From the NCBI GenBank assembly GCA_001643675.2, contig LSRY02000038.1, positions 806,001 to 870,000 of the forward strand: a stretch of 64,000 nt of DNA, written 5' to 3'. Every line of letters starts with the position of its first letter. Positions within the stretch are counted from its first letter, which is position 1. A program made the position numbers and the translations under genes. The notes under the pieces are model-generated. The model worked only from the letters and a program-made list of their open reading frames with translations. It was not told where the DNA came from and made no database searches. The DNA is from Monocercomonoides exilis PA203 (lineage: Eukaryota; Protista; Preaxostyla). Shown here piece after piece: positions 62,704-64,000 of the stretch.

Positions 62704-63864
62704 TTCTTCCTCATCATCTTCTTCTTCATTACAACTTCCCCCAACTTTATCCTCCACACAGAAAGATCGCTTTCCTTCTTCTTTTTTCTCTTCTTCTTCT
62801 TCTTCTTCTTCTTCTGAACAGCTTCGTCCTTCTTCCTCTTCTGCTGTGTCTGACACTTCTTCTCGTATTGCTTCCTTCTTCTCTTCCTTCTCTCACTCTA
62901 ATTCTTCTTCCTCCTCCTCCTCCTCTTCTTCTTCTTCTTCTTCCACTTACCAACACCCCAGAATTCAATCTGTGAATGTTTCCTCTTCTTTCCCTTCTTC
63001 CTCTTCTTCTTCTATTTTAGCTGCGAGTTCTCCTCTTCTTATTTTGGAGCGGCAGAACGGAATATCCGCAAGTGAAGGGGCGTTGCTTTCTGCCGGCAAA
63101 GATTGGATGGATTCTCCTTTCTATTTGGCGAGTGAGAAATGGAAGAAGAAGAAAGAAGAGGAGAAGAGGAAGAAGAAAGAGAACGATGAGAGAGAAAGAG
63201 AAAGAGAAAATGGAGAAAGAGAAGAATTATCCAATGAAATCATTCAAATGCATCAAACATCAATAACGTCATCATCATCATCATCATCATCATCAATTTC
63301 TTCTTCTTCTTATTCCTTTCCGCTTCTTCTTCCCCCTCCTCTTCTCGTTGAGCTTTCCTCCTCCACTCATCTTCACCGCCTGATTCTCCAACACAAGCAA
63401 ACCTTTGCCACTTCTTTATTCCAGCATCTCTCCGACCTCACCCTCCTCCCTTCTTTCTCTGAAAAAGCACCCATTTTATTCTTCCTCCTTTTCTCTGTCC
63501 TTCTCACCCGCGGTGGCTGTGGCATGCAAAAAGAGCTTCTTTTGCTTCTTTCTCGCTCTGAGCACTTGGCTGTGCAGACACAGCCTGTTGGAGGGTTTAT
63601 GGAGAGGGCGATGGCGAAGGTGAAGAATGAGGTTGGTGTGTGTGGCGCTGTGTGGGCAGAGGAAGGGTGGAAGAAGGCGTGGGAGGAAGGAGGAGGAGAG
63701 ATTTGCTGGAGATTGGGGGGGGAAGAGGATGAGGAAGGAGAAAGAGAGGAAGAGGAAGAAGAGGAGGAGGATGAAGGAGATGAATTTAGTGATGATGATA
63801 GTTTTCTATTCACAGAATATGAACAAACACCTCATAACATTTCTTTTTCTTCTTCTTCTTCTCA

Positions 63865-63897
<33 letters not shown>

Positions 63898-64000
63898 TTT
63901 CCCCTTCCCTGCACCCCCACCCCACTCCTCCCCGTTAATCTCCTCCATCCCCTTGTTAGCTTCTCCCTTTGTCCAGACACACCCTCTTCTGTCCCTCCTG
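60912..64000 (+). CDS. Multi-exon hypothetical protein with poly-Ser/Glu insertions, 3' end beyond the window
   Basis: Coding-like exons (~61400-61702, ~61785-61884, ~61940-62000, ~62069-62211) bounded by GT-AG sites, and a frame that appears open from 62511 to the window end. Start position uncertain. Confidence 0.6.

Overview
This is AT-rich eukaryotic genomic DNA with short GT-AG introns, huge poly-Ser/poly-Glu insertions in proteins and many decayed genes. It resembles a metamonad/oxymonad genome such as Monocercomonoides (inference from style only). The conserved core is a head-to-head gene pair only ~200 bp apart: a giant UVRAG/Atg14-family gene (-) and an 8-exon SMC2-like gene (+). The right end has an AGTRAP-like membrane protein gene and a multi-exon gene running off the window. 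Around these lies an accessory landscape. (i) Three members of a modular type-I surface-protein family: one intact, one truncated, one 3-module pseudogene, with conserved scaffold blocks and hypervariable aromatic-rich patches. (ii) A decayed but architecturally complete DIRS tyrosine-recombinase retrotransposon (ITRs, bipartite ICR, gag, RT-RNaseH-MT, YR) with a compact structured-RNA island near its 3' end. (iii) Two decayed intron-containing pogo/DDE_1 transposons with GGG...CCC ends. (iv) Several MITEs with apparent 4-bp TSDs. (v) A 1-kb foldback element with 386-bp arms that appear identical. (vi) A hAT transposase pseudogene next to a ~4-kb TIR-bounded element carrying gene-like cargo. 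(vii) An ~820-bp (ATTT)n array. All assignments were made by eye from motifs; no database search was run.
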